Positions 42,431-51,989 of a stretch of 64,000 nucleotides of DNA are shown here, piece after piece; position 1 is the stretch's first letter, and each line of letters opens with the position of its first letter. A model generated the notes under the pieces. The model was not told the origin of the DNA. It made no database searches and was given only the letters and a program-made list of their open reading frames with translations. The stretch covers positions 928,001 through 992,000 of the forward strand of contig CAVYGN010000002.1 in the NCBI GenBank assembly GCA_963768055.1. Direction: 5' to 3'. Origin of the DNA: an uncultured Spirochaetota bacterium (GTDB lineage Bacteria > Spirochaetota > Brevinematia > Brevinematales > JAOACQ01). Made by a program: the position numbers and the translations under genes.

Positions 42431-43542
42431 TTATCTCTTTACTTGCTTCAGCATCCGTTTTTTTAATCCGGCCTGGTTTAATGGCGGATACTGCAATTTC
42501 CTTGCTATGTACGAAGCTGAATGCAGAATCGAAATATAATATCACCTACGGTTATGTAGACATGACCCGCCAGGGCCTATCCGTGAGGGTCTATCTTGCC
42601 CTGCCTTACATAGTCACAGGCGGCAGTATTTATTACATGAATACAATACCGTCGATAAACAAGAAGGGTGAGATCGAATTACCCGGTGAGTATGTCGCCA
42701 AGATAAGCGAATTATTTTCCGCAAGCAACTCGGTGCTGGAAAACATTAGCAGCAGCAGCATTTCAAGCGCTTCTACCAATGAAAAAGGTGACTTGGGGTA
42801 TAAGACCAATTATAATATAATGAACGAAGAAAAAGGATTTTTTCCCATCGACCTTGTAATTATCGATCCGGGCCATGGCGGTAAAGACCCGGGAGGGATA
42901 GGTTCGGAGGGAGTCAAGGAAAAAGAAATAGTACTTTCTGTCGCTAATATGGCCGGCCAATTCATTAAAAAGGATTGGAATATCCCTGTAGTTTTTACAA
43001 GGAAGGGAGATAATTATGTTTCCCTGAAAGACAGGACGGAAATCACTTCCATGTTATTAAAGAAAGGGAAAAATCCAATATTCGTAAGCATTCATGGGAA
43101 TATTTCCTTTAATAAAAACGTCAAGGGATTGGAGGTTTATTCCCTTTCCGACAGGGCCACTGACAATGAGGCCCTGGCTGTAGAAATGGTGGAAAATGCC
43201 GGTTATTCCAGGAGCGATATAGAAAAAACGGAAAACCTCAATTTTATTATCACCGACCTTCTCAAAGATTCTATCAGGAGGAATTCGGAGGATCTTTCAA
43301 AGGAAATCGGGTATTTTATAAGCAAATCCGGATTAACTGAACTTCGGGGGAACAAAAAAGCCAATTTTTATGTGCTGAAATATAATAGTATTCCATCCGT
43401 TTTGATCGAAATAGGGTATCTTTCAAATACAGATGAGGCAAGAAACCTGATTAACAGGGAGTATCAGAAAAAAATCGCTCGTGAAATAGCCAGGGGAATA
43501 AACGCTTTTATATCAAAATATAACAAAACGAGGGGTCTGTAA
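42412..43542 (+). CDS. N-acetylmuramoyl-L-alanine amidase (Amidase_3)
   Basis: IDPGHGGKDPG, EKEIVL, FVSIHGN, FYVL, SVLIEIGYLSN; signal peptide. Confidence 0.95.
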   Translation: MEFKKLIISLLASASVFLIRPGLMADTAISLLCTKLNAESKYNITYGYVDMTRQGLSVRVYLALPYIVTGGSIYYMNTIPSINKKGEIELPGEYVAKISELFSASNSVLENISSSSISSASTNEKGDLGYKTNYNIMNEEKGFFPIDLVIIDPGHGGKDPGGIGSEGVKEKEIVLSVANMAGQFIKKDWNIPVVFTRKGDNYVSLKDRTEITSMLLKKGKNPIFVSIHGNISFNKNVKGLEVYSLSDRATDNEALAVEMVENAGYSRSDIEKTENLNFIITDLLKDSIRRNSEDLSKEIGYFISKSGLTELRGNKKANFYVLKYNSIPSVLIEIGYLSNTDEARNLINREYQKKIAREIARGINAFISKYNKTRGL

Positions 43543-43545
43543 AAA

Positions 43546-44067
43546 ATGACTTTTATAAAGAAATACAGTTCGGCGATCATATTATTCGCTTTATTTTCAA
43601 TATTTATTATTTGTGTAATATTTTTTACAAGGTCGATAGGTTCTTATCGTTTTTACTATCCTGACAATGACCTCAGGATTTTGAAATCAGAGCAGAGGCG
43701 CCTTTATAATCCCCTTTCATCGGGTGTTTCTAAGGAAGAGAAGATAATCAGGGAGTATTTTCTCGGGCCGATCAGGTATGACTTGAAGCTGCCCGTAAAG
43801 GAAAAGGTAAAAATTGAAAATATCTGGCTGATAGATTACGAGGGAAAAGAGGCGCTTGTTATTAACTTTAATGCCGATTTCCTTGATTTTGTTCAATCTG
43901 ACAGGGAAGACGCAATGTGGGTGATGGAAGGCCTTATTGAAACTATTAAGGCGGATACATCCGTTGAAAAACTCAATATATACGCGGACGATAAGCCCGT
44001 GCGGACCAGGCTGGGAAACTTGAACCTGGCTAACACTATCCTGCTTATAAAGAAAATAAAAAAATAA
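43546..44067 (+). CDS. Membrane-anchored hypothetical protein, possibly GerMN-like
   Basis: N-terminal TM; FYYP..D, E.R, EYFLGP, VINF pattern; follows the amidase. Confidence 0.55.
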   Translation: MTFIKKYSSAIILFALFSIFIICVIFFTRSIGSYRFYYPDNDLRILKSEQRRLYNPLSSGVSKEEKIIREYFLGPIRYDLKLPVKEKVKIENIWLIDYEGKEALVINFNADFLDFVQSDREDAMWVMEGLIETIKADTSVEKLNIYADDKPVRTRLGNLNLANTILLIKKIKK

Positions 44068-44080
44068 TTATAGAAGCGAT

Positions 44081-44108
44081 TAAACTTCTATATATCTGTT
44101 TCCGATCA
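44081..44108 (+). promoter_or_regulatory. Putative sigma28 promoter facing flaA
   Basis: TAAA-N16-TCCGATCA. Confidence 0.45.
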
Positions 44109-44142
44109 TTATGTTAAATAAGGGGCCTAGTCCTTATTGGGA

Positions 44143-44169
44143 TTATCGGATTAAGCGTTAAATCCTTTA
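44143..44169 (-). promoter_or_regulatory. Putative sigma28 promoter on the minus strand with no ORF downstream
   Basis: Minus strand TAAA-N15-TCCGATAA (forward TTATCGGA 44143-50, TTTA 44166-69). Confidence 0.55.
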
Positions 44170-44187
44170 GTTAAATAAAAAAAAATA

Positions 44188-44215
44188 TTGACATATTTTA
44201 AATTAGTAATAGAAT
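44188..44215 (+). promoter_or_regulatory. Putative sigma70 promoter of flaA
   Basis: A-tract, TTGACA, 16 nt, TAGAAT. Confidence 0.6.
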
Positions 44216-44257
44216 ATTTAAACTTTCAGAAGAATTCTTTTTTAAAGGAGTGGATAT

Positions 44258-45301
44258 ATGAAAAAAGGAGTTGTGTGGTTATATGCGGGTGTGTTTTTAA
44301 TGACGATGAGTTCTGTTTCTTTCTCTGCCGTTATAAAAACTCTGATTGACTTCAATGTTTTTGACTCGAATATATCTATAGTGGCTGAGAGAGATAAAAC
44401 AATTCATTCCAATATGGTTCAAAAGGGTAAAGCAGTTGATTTTACCCAATATGGATATCCCGAGGTAGAATTTACAGGAGCTGACTGGGCCTTAGACAAA
44501 TGGAAAGTCACTCTGGCATCATCGGCCAATACTGTAAGGAATAACGTACTTTCTTACGTGATGAAAGTCCCTAGCAAAAAGTTCGGCGATGTTCTCGGCG
44601 CAAGGATCCACTTTATTGAAGGAAGGTTCCTTTCATGGGCAACTATCGCACCTCCTTTCGAATTTTTTCCCTACTATGACGATGGTTCAAATGTAAATGT
44701 CAACGCCCAGAATGAAGAAAACAGCTTTGTCATGGGCATTCTTATGAATGTTGGCCAGATCAAATCGGTATCGTCATGGATTTATGGATTAAACTACCAG
44801 ATGCAGGCCGGGGTCAGGATGCGCGACAGAAATGATCAAGTCCAGGACTATTTTATGGGTTCCGTTTATTACGACGGGTGGAGAAAACTTGTTTGGTCGA
44901 ATCCCGAATATACGGAATCGATCCAAGACAGGGTACTTCAGAGGATCGCTTTATATCCCAGGAGTTATCCTTATATAGCTTTCGATTCTTTTATAGTTTA
45001 TAAACCTGAAACTGAGAATGGCGGTGATTTCGTTATTTATTTCAAGGATGTCGATGTTGAATACGACAGGGCGATAATCCGTGAGGAACTTGATATAGAC
45101 GATGAAGCGGCTTGGGGTATACTGCAGGCCGAAAGGCTTAAAAAGAGGGTCAGCGACCTGAAAAATATCGGTGAAAAGATCTATCTCTACAAACAGGAAC
45201 TCAAACGGCAGGGCGCGGCTACAAATCAGAACAATCCGGTCACTCCCAAGACAGCCACAACTTCTACTGCAACAACTAACACGACGACAACAAATAAATA
45301 G
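44258..45301 (+). CDS. flaA: Flagellar filament outer-layer (sheath) protein FlaA
   Basis: Signal peptide; TLIDF, W.V.LASSA, LGARIHF, NVGQIKSV, GWRKLVWSNP.Y, LYP, YFKDV, DIDDEA.WGIL. Confidence 0.9.
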   Translation: MKKGVVWLYAGVFLMTMSSVSFSAVIKTLIDFNVFDSNISIVAERDKTIHSNMVQKGKAVDFTQYGYPEVEFTGADWALDKWKVTLASSANTVRNNVLSYVMKVPSKKFGDVLGARIHFIEGRFLSWATIAPPFEFFPYYDDGSNVNVNAQNEENSFVMGILMNVGQIKSVSSWIYGLNYQMQAGVRMRDRNDQVQDYFMGSVYYDGWRKLVWSNPEYTESIQDRVLQRIALYPRSYPYIAFDSFIVYKPETENGGDFVIYFKDVDVEYDRAIIREELDIDDEAAWGILQAERLKKRVSDLKNIGEKIYLYKQELKRQGAATNQNNPVTPKTATTSTATTNTTTTNK

Positions 45302-45317
45302 TATTTCAAGTTAACAT

Positions 45318-45352
45318 AAACCCCGCCCCTTAAAAAGAGGCGGGGTTTTTTT
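45318..45352. terminator. Intrinsic terminator between convergent flaA and maf, possibly bidirectional
   Basis: AAACCCCGCC / GGCGGGGTTT stem followed by a T-run. Confidence 0.85.
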
Positions 45353-45353
45353 G

Positions 45354-47099
45354 TTATTTCAAAGATTCCTGCGACAACCTTTTATCGATAAGTCGCCTGA
45401 TATAACCCAGTCCTTCTGAGGCTTCTGCATACAAAGAACGCCAGGCTTCGAGGGTTTCCGGGCTTAAAGCCCCCACATCGTTCAATAAAGAAACCCTTTC
45501 TATGGATTCCTGCATTGTAAATTCGATCAGACGGGCCAGGAGCGTTCTTTCCCTTGTGCATTTTAAAAATAGAATATCGAATTGTGTCATTATTTGAAAT
45601 TCTTCAGAGGGATCGGTTTTATTATTAAATTTAAGTATCGCCCGGTTTGAAGCGTAATAAGCCTTTATTGAGGAATCCTCTATTTTTCCTATCTCCGACT
45701 TGACCTCTTTCAGGGTTTCAAGAAACCTCGAATCATCGAGACGCTGGATCCCGCCATGGATCTTCTTATTTAACGGCGGTTCCAGGTCAAGCCCATTTAA
45801 GGCGTCTATTAATGGAATATGGTTCGCGCCTGATATCAGCGCTCCTCCCTCTGACGAGTTTATTACCCTGGCGCTGGTTTCTTTGATTTCTTTTTTAAAC
45901 CAATCCAGGAACGTTAAAAATTTTCTGTCTGTCGGCACTATTGCCGAGTTCCATCCCTCTATCTCGATCCTGTCGGAAAGAATAAGCATCTTTGAATTAT
46001 AGTTTTCGTACGTCTCAAAGCGGTTAACCCTGTAATAGAGAAATTCTTCGAGAATGCTTCCCCTGATATGGGTCTCTCTATTGGGATAAGAAAGGTCCTG
46101 CCCGATAAAAATTATGGGATCGCAGTTCAAAAACCTCGCGAGATCAAAAGCTGTGGTTGAAACCGATCCTCCGCAAGCAAGAAACCCCTTATCTCCCCAG
46201 AAATTCTTAAGTTCGTTATATATCGGGAAAATAGAATCGTAGATTACAGTCTTTTCAGGGTTGTATTTCAAAAAACTTATAAATGAAGCTGCGGAGTCGA
46301 TCACAAGCGTGGCTCTGCTGTTGAAAGCGTATAAAAGGTAAAGCGAGTTTTTATCCTGAGGGTCGACGCTTACAATAAAATCCGCGAGGATACCCTTATT
46401 ACAGAGATTAATATACGCGGTATCAGTGGAAATCACTACGACTTTATCCTGATATTTTTTAAGGGTTTCTATGTTTTTCGAGAGGGAGGGGCCTGCACCG
46501 ACAATTACTGCGGGTTTACCGGCAAGGTAGTGTTTTATATCGTTAATGCCCGGCAAAATGAAGTAGTATGAAGAATTTTTTATGATGTTCCTGAGCCACA
46601 CTTTCTGGAACCTTTTCAATGTAGTCTTATTGATCTGTTTTTTCGAAAGATAAGCCGCGATTATCCCCTCCAGAGATGTCATTATATCCGGGAAGAGGCT
46701 AAAATAAGGGCGGTGAATATAAAAGCTTAGTTCTTTAATACCGTTCGTGTCAAGAAAATCTATTACGCTTGCCTTGTCATGTTTTATCAGGTTAACCCTT
46801 GGATCAGATAGGACATTTTTAATTTCAGGCGACTTTTCTGCGGCTTCAAGAATATCATCAACAGGCTCGAAAACAATGACTTTGAAAGATGTGTGCTTCA
46901 GCATATAATCGATTATATAACCCAATCCGAATCCGGCGATCAGAACCCAGGATATTTCGGGATTAAAATTTCTGACGACTCTTTCTGCTTCCCTGTAAGG
47001 CTGATTCGAATGGAGCATAAACGACCGGCCGCTTACATGTATCTTCGCGTTTCTGAGCCCTTCGCTGGTTTCCAGCAATTCGATCGAATATGAAATCAT
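45354..47099 (-). CDS. Motility-associated factor (Maf/DUF115) flagellin glycosyltransferase-like protein
   Basis: GFGLGY, VFEP, IVGAGPSL, STDTA, VSVDP, GGSVST, IFIGQDLSY, INSSEGGA. Confidence 0.88.
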   Translation of the reverse strand: MISYSIELLETSEGLRNAKIHVSGRSFMLHSNQPYREAERVVRNFNPEISWVLIAGFGLGYIIDYMLKHTSFKVIVFEPVDDILEAAEKSPEIKNVLSDPRVNLIKHDKASVIDFLDTNGIKELSFYIHRPYFSLFPDIMTSLEGIIAAYLSKKQINKTTLKRFQKVWLRNIIKNSSYYFILPGINDIKHYLAGKPAVIVGAGPSLSKNIETLKKYQDKVVVISTDTAYINLCNKGILADFIVSVDPQDKNSLYLLYAFNSRATLVIDSAASFISFLKYNPEKTVIYDSIFPIYNELKNFWGDKGFLACGGSVSTTAFDLARFLNCDPIIFIGQDLSYPNRETHIRGSILEEFLYYRVNRFETYENYNSKMLILSDRIEIEGWNSAIVPTDRKFLTFLDWFKKEIKETSARVINSSEGGALISGANHIPLIDALNGLDLEPPLNKKIHGGIQRLDDSRFLETLKEVKSEIGKIEDSSIKAYYASNRAILKFNNKTDPSEEFQIMTQFDILFLKCTRERTLLARLIEFTMQESIERVSLLNDVGALSPETLEAWRSLYAEASEGLGYIRRLIDKRLSQESLK

Positions 47100-47137
47100 A
47101 ATCGGACTTCCTTTTACGTATAATTCTCCACATCTTT

Positions 47138-48733
47138 TTATTCGTTTGTAAAAAAGGAGGTCGAAGTTATCATGCGCCTTATTATATTTGCAAAAACCGG
47201 GGCAGCAACAAGCCCTCCGTAATGGTTGTCCCCATGCGGCCTGCTTATCACGACAACAACTGTGTACCTTGGTTTATTCGAGGGGACGTACCCGATAAAT
47301 ACAGCGTTGAAAAGGTCTTTGTAATAACCGGCGCCTTTCTCTTTAGCGATCTGCCCTGTCCCTGTTTTTCCGGCTATTGTTATTCCCTCGATTTTAGCCT
47401 TTATAGCCGTCCCTTTTTCGCTTACTACCTTTTCCATCATCGATAAAAGCATCCTGCTTGTTTCCGGTGAGATGACCTGGAATCTTATTATATCCGGTTT
47501 GTAAATATTATTTCCCTTGTCATCGATAATGCCGCGGATGAGAACCGGAGTTTTATATACCCCTTCGTCGGCAATGACGCTTGAAGCGATTGACAATTGA
47601 AGGGCATTGACGGAGATTTCCTGACCTATGGCGATCATATATTTCGATAGGATGGACCATTTCTCCGGGGGCCTTAGAATGCCGCTCGAATTTTCAAATA
47701 GGGGAAGGGGAATGTTTTCTCCAAAACCGAATCTCTTGAGGAAATTATAAAATTCATGCTTACTGAATTTATCGGCGATCTGGACCATACCTACATTGCA
47801 CGATTTCTGGATAATAGCGGTCAAGTCTACCTTGCCGTGGGGGGTTTCGCATGTAAAAGTGTGATCCTCTACTGCAGCAAAACCGGAACAGTCATAAACC
47901 GGATATGTGGGCGTTACGAATTTATTTTCGAGGGCAAAAGCCGCGCTGAATTGTTTCATGACAGAGCCCGGTTCGAAGGGACTGGAATTTGCCCTTGATT
48001 GAAGGTTAAAAGTAGTTATGCTTTTTAAATCATTCGGATCATAAGAGGGGTAATTAACGATTGAAAGAATATCCATTGTACTGTTGTCAATTATAACCGC
48101 GCTTCCATATTCCGCTTTATTCTCGATGATTCCTTTTTTAAGTTCATCGAATACGATCGCCGATAATTCGGCGTCCAGGGTAGTGTAGATCGAATATCCT
48201 TTGCTTAAATAATTGTTCATGGAAAGTTCCAGGCCTGAAAGGCCTGTATTGTCAATCCCGACTACTCCGACAGCATGGGTCGTAGCCGAAGATGTGTAAA
48301 ACCGGCCCTCCTCAGTTATGACCCCGAGTTCATCATGAACAATAATATTGCTTTTTCTGAGAATGGAAACCATTTCCCTGTAAGGAGCACTTTCATTTAA
48401 CGACATTTTTCTTTTAAGCCAGATAAAACTTTTGTTATCGTTTAAAAAAGATGCCTCGTTTGTCAGTTTAAAAGTGTTTGCCAGAAGCCTGTAAAGATCC
48501 TGTTTTAAGGCAGCGTTCATTGATTTAGGCCTTGCGTAAAGGGAATAAAAAGACGAACTCACTGCAAGTTCCCTGGAATTTCTATCAATTATAGACCCCC
48601 GCGTGTTAGGGGTGACGAGCAGGTTTTTCAAACGAGGGTCTGGAAAAAGGGATATCGATATTATCCTGATCTGCAGCAGGATAAAGTATAAAATGAATAA
48701 AAAGAAAATAACTACGATCCTGTTCTGGCGCAT
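47138..48733 (-). CDS. Class B penicillin-binding protein (FtsI-like transpeptidase)
   Basis: N-terminal TM, RGSIIDRN, GLSGLE, EPGSVMK (SxxK), SCN, KTGT. Confidence 0.93.
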   Translation of the reverse strand: MRQNRIVVIFFLFILYFILLQIRIISISLFPDPRLKNLLVTPNTRGSIIDRNSRELAVSSSFYSLYARPKSMNAALKQDLYRLLANTFKLTNEASFLNDNKSFIWLKRKMSLNESAPYREMVSILRKSNIIVHDELGVITEEGRFYTSSATTHAVGVVGIDNTGLSGLELSMNNYLSKGYSIYTTLDAELSAIVFDELKKGIIENKAEYGSAVIIDNSTMDILSIVNYPSYDPNDLKSITTFNLQSRANSSPFEPGSVMKQFSAAFALENKFVTPTYPVYDCSGFAAVEDHTFTCETPHGKVDLTAIIQKSCNVGMVQIADKFSKHEFYNFLKRFGFGENIPLPLFENSSGILRPPEKWSILSKYMIAIGQEISVNALQLSIASSVIADEGVYKTPVLIRGIIDDKGNNIYKPDIIRFQVISPETSRMLLSMMEKVVSEKGTAIKAKIEGITIAGKTGTGQIAKEKGAGYYKDLFNAVFIGYVPSNKPRYTVVVVISRPHGDNHYGGLVAAPVFANIIRRMITSTSFFTNE

Positions 48734-48918
48734 TATTGATCCTTGCTTAGCATGTCGAACGGTTTACCGGGATTATTCGTGTAATTCCCGTCCTCAAGAC
48801 ATAATTATAAGATGATTTCAAAGATAGTTCCAAAATATTAATCCGCGATGTTTACTGTTTTCCTGCTTCCCTTAATTTATAAAGGCCTTATTCCGAAAAT
48901 TAACTGCGGGGAGGAATT

Positions 48919-50322
48919 ATGCCGTCTTTTTTAAGCATGTTGCTGTTTATTTTATATAAAGCAGGGATTATAGGAATATATTATTTTTCCATTCAATATT
49001 ATAAACTGCGTTTCGATATCATAGCCTTTTATTTTTATCTTTTCCTGACATTTTTCCAGTTTTTATTTATCATCTTCCAGGCATTTTCCGGGGAAGACAA
49101 AAAAAAGCCTGAGACCACTGTTCAATACAGCGCGATTTTCCAATATACTCCTATAATTACCATGATGATGGAAATCCTTATTCTCGGACTAACCAGCTAT
49201 TATTTATATAATCTTGAGAACGACCTCATGACTTTACTTTTTGTCTTTACAGCCCTTATCCCGGTACACACGGTCTATTATTACCTCTTTTCCATGATTT
49301 TCGGGTTTATTATAAAAAAAAGAAATGTCAGGGTCAAAGGGGCAAGCCTTTTTCCGATCTTTTTATTTACAATAATTACATTTTTGGAGCCGGCCGCGTA
49401 TATTTTTTTCAAATACTTTTACAGCGGAAAAGAAAATTTATTAAATTTACAGACCTTGAATTCAGGTATGAATATGACCAGGATCGATATTATACTGTTT
49501 GTCATTATCATGATTTTAAACAGCATCGTGGTTTTTCTTTTCTTTTATTATAAGGAAACCAAAGCCAAAAAAATATACTCTCTGATCGGAAATCTTTCAC
49601 TGGTATCAGCGGGAGAAAAAATAAAGATCGATGATGCAAACGAATTCGGGTATATTGAATCGGGATTGATGGAATTCCAGGACAGGCTGATCGGGGAAAA
49701 GGGAAATATTACGCTCCTGAATGACTATATTTCAAAAAATATAAGGGATGAAATAACCAAAAGCGGACTGATCCTGGAAGGGGAAGAAAAGACCGCAGCG
49801 GTAGCCACAATAAGGTTTAAGTTTTCCCTGTCCGAGTATACGCCGGAAAAATATATAAAAATGACGAATAGTATTTTTACATTGATCGGAGAATATGCGG
49901 ATGAATATGAGGCCTATCCCTTTTTTCAACTGAATAAGGCGGTAGTAGTCTACGGGGTTCCATATTATTATGAACATGAGAAATTTAACGCGATAGAGGC
50001 TACACAGGAAACGATTATCGATATTGAGAGTTTGATAAAAAACGAAGGGGGTGAGATCGCAATTCACTCCGGACTATTCAGCGGCACTGTTGTCGTCGGG
50101 GCTTTCAATACGAAAGGGAGAGGCCTTAAGGAGTATTCGGTCGCCGGAAGCGGTGTGGAATTGTCCGAAAGAATCGCCCTGGCGGCGGAAAATATAGACG
50201 TCAAAATGCTTGTAGGATCCGGGATGGTGGAAAGCCTTAAAAATAAATTCTATCCGGAAAAGAGTTTCAAACTTAAATTAAAAAATAACGAGGAAATTGT
50301 AGTCTCATCTTTAAAGGTGTAG
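48919..50322 (+). CDS. Multi-TM protein with degenerate HAMP and class III nucleotide cyclase-like domain
   Basis: About 6 TM segments; NEFG, YISKNI, LEGEEK, TPE...N..F, SG.VVVG, EYSVAG..V.L..R; GGGGAGG SD. Confidence 0.75.
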   Translation: MPSFLSMLLFILYKAGIIGIYYFSIQYYKLRFDIIAFYFYLFLTFFQFLFIIFQAFSGEDKKKPETTVQYSAIFQYTPIITMMMEILILGLTSYYLYNLENDLMTLLFVFTALIPVHTVYYYLFSMIFGFIIKKRNVRVKGASLFPIFLFTIITFLEPAAYIFFKYFYSGKENLLNLQTLNSGMNMTRIDIILFVIIMILNSIVVFLFFYYKETKAKKIYSLIGNLSLVSAGEKIKIDDANEFGYIESGLMEFQDRLIGEKGNITLLNDYISKNIRDEITKSGLILEGEEKTAAVATIRFKFSLSEYTPEKYIKMTNSIFTLIGEYADEYEAYPFFQLNKAVVVYGVPYYYEHEKFNAIEATQETIIDIESLIKNEGGEIAIHSGLFSGTVVVGAFNTKGRGLKEYSVAGSGVELSERIALAAENIDVKMLVGSGMVESLKNKFYPEKSFKLKLKNNEEIVVSSLKV

Positions 50323-50326
50323 TTGA

Positions 50327-50776
50327 TCAGAGGTTTTTCAGCATTTCAGAGACCGTATTTTTGACCGCGGCGCCTTCAGCCCTTCCCCTGACCCGGGACA
50401 TTACTTCTTTCATAACCTTGCCAATATCCGCGGGGGACGAAGCCTCGAGTTCTTGAATAACCTGGCCGGTAATATCCGTAAGCTCTTTTTCAGTAAGGGC
50501 CGGCGGCAGCAGGGTCGACAGGTACTCTATTTCCGCTTTTTCCTTGTCGGAAAGATCGGTACGGTTTGCGCTTATATATTCCTGCGTCACCTCTTTTTTT
50601 TGCTTGACGGTCTTTTGTATGAAGGCAAGAATGTCTTCATCGGTTAGTTCTTTCTTTTTGTTTATTACCTCGTATTTGAGGTCCGAAACAAGCATTGACA
50701 AAACGCCCGTAAGAAACTTGTCCTGTTTCTTCCTTGCATCGATATATTTTCTTTCAATATCTTCAAATAAACTCAT
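50327..50776 (-). CDS. GatB/YqeY domain protein
   Basis: KQKKE...Y..ANR.DL..KE..EI..L..LLP, DIGKVMK.VM....GRAEG. Confidence 0.93.
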   Translation of the reverse strand: MSLFEDIERKYIDARKKQDKFLTGVLSMLVSDLKYEVINKKKELTDEDILAFIQKTVKQKKEVTQEYISANRTDLSDKEKAEIEYLSTLLPPALTEKELTDITGQVIQELEASSPADIGKVMKEVMSRVRGRAEGAAVKNTVSEMLKNL

Positions 50777-50787
50777 TCAAAATCTCT

Positions 50788-51000
50788 TTAGATATAACGG
50801 CTCATAAGCCGCATTTTACGGATTTTTTTTTCAATTTTGCGCTGAACGGTTGAGATTTTTTTCTTTCTTGACTCGGACGGTTTTTCATAAAAACGATGTT
50901 TTTTTTCTTCGGTAAGGATGCCATCTTTTTCTACTTCTTTTTTGAACCTTTTTAAGGCTGAATCGACCGTTTCATTATCTCTTACATCGACAAGGAGCAT
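50788..51000 (-). CDS. rpsU: 30S ribosomal protein S21 (start moved to ATG 51000)
   Basis: ETVDSALKRFKK, GIL.E.KK..FYEKPS..RKKK; GGAGGTG SD. Confidence 0.95.
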   Translation of the reverse strand: MLLVDVRDNETVDSALKRFKKEVEKDGILTEEKKHRFYEKPSESRKKKISTVQRKIEKKIRKMRLMSRYI

Positions 51001-51031
51001 TAATATCACCTCTTTTATAAATTTTAACAAC

Positions 51032-51373
51032 TTATCCCGGGGGCCATCCAAAGACCCTGCCGCCCAGGAGATGAAAATGAATATGGAAAACGGACTGGAG
51101 AGCGTCCCTGTTGCAGTTTGCGACGACCCTGAAACCGCTCCGGTCTATATTCATTTCCGCGGCTATTTTTTGAACAGCCTTGAAAAGGTCCATATATACC
51201 GAATAATCGGCCACATCATTCAATGTTGGGATGTGGACCTTGGGAATAATAATAATATGTACAGGCGCCTGCGGATTGACATCTTTAAACGCCAGAACCT
51301 TCTCATTCTCAAATACTATGTTTGAAGGTATTTCCCTGCTGATTATTTTACAAAAAATACAATCGGCAGCCAT
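51032..51373 (-). CDS. Histidine triad (HIT) nucleotide-binding protein
   Basis: DCIFCKI, AFKDVNPQAPVH, QSVFHIHFHLLGGR, WPPG. Confidence 0.96.
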   Translation of the reverse strand: MAADCIFCKIISREIPSNIVFENEKVLAFKDVNPQAPVHIIIIPKVHIPTLNDVADYSVYMDLFKAVQKIAAEMNIDRSGFRVVANCNRDALQSVFHIHFHLLGGRVFGWPPG

Positions 51374-51574
51374 TTTATACCCCATAAATAAGTTATATAT
51401 TATAATTCAGGACATATTATTATGCAAAAAATATGTGTAAAAATATATACAAAAATTCTTGACATATCCAAAATTAAGATTAATATTATTATGCTAAATT
51501 TGATGCGGATATTTAGAGCTCGGTAAATACTTTATAAAAAAGGATTTGCGGCAATTTAACATAGGAGCAAGGGT

Positions 51575-51973
51575 ATGTATATGAAGGACATGCTGGGGAA
51601 TTCGATAGCTGATGATGCGGAATTTGATGATTTAGACGATTTCGATTATGTAGATCAGTTCATCTCGAAAGAGGACGAAGGGGAAGATTCGTCCGATACG
51701 GGCGATGATCTGGATGACCTGGACGATCTTTATGTGGATGAAGGCGATGATGCTGATGAACTGGGTAACGGCCTTGAATACAATGATGATGAAGAGGAAA
51801 ATTCCGAAGATGAAGATATAAACGATATGGACGAAGAGCTGGAAGCCCGTTTTATTTGTGAAGATTGCGGGCATAAATGGCTCGATTTCGTTACAGAAAC
51901 TGACGAGGAAAACGATCTTCTCGAAACGAGCTGCCCCCTGTGCGGCTCTCAGAATGTAACCATGGAAAGATGA
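51575..51973 (+). CDS. Highly acidic protein with C-terminal zinc ribbon
   Basis: About 53 of 132 residues are D/E; CEDC...CPLC; AGGAG SD; own promoter-like element (TTGACA at 51459) and terminator. Confidence 0.8.
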   Translation: MYMKDMLGNSIADDAEFDDLDDFDYVDQFISKEDEGEDSSDTGDDLDDLDDLYVDEGDDADELGNGLEYNDDEEENSEDEDINDMDEELEARFICEDCGHKWLDFVTETDEENDLLETSCPLCGSQNVTMER

Positions 51974-51989
51974 CGCACGGAAGATAAGG

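Noticed and set aside
48733..48810. ftsL-like gene upstream of the PBP
   Set aside because: The open frame ending at the TAATG overlap is only about 23 codons, with no suitable start and no TM segment.
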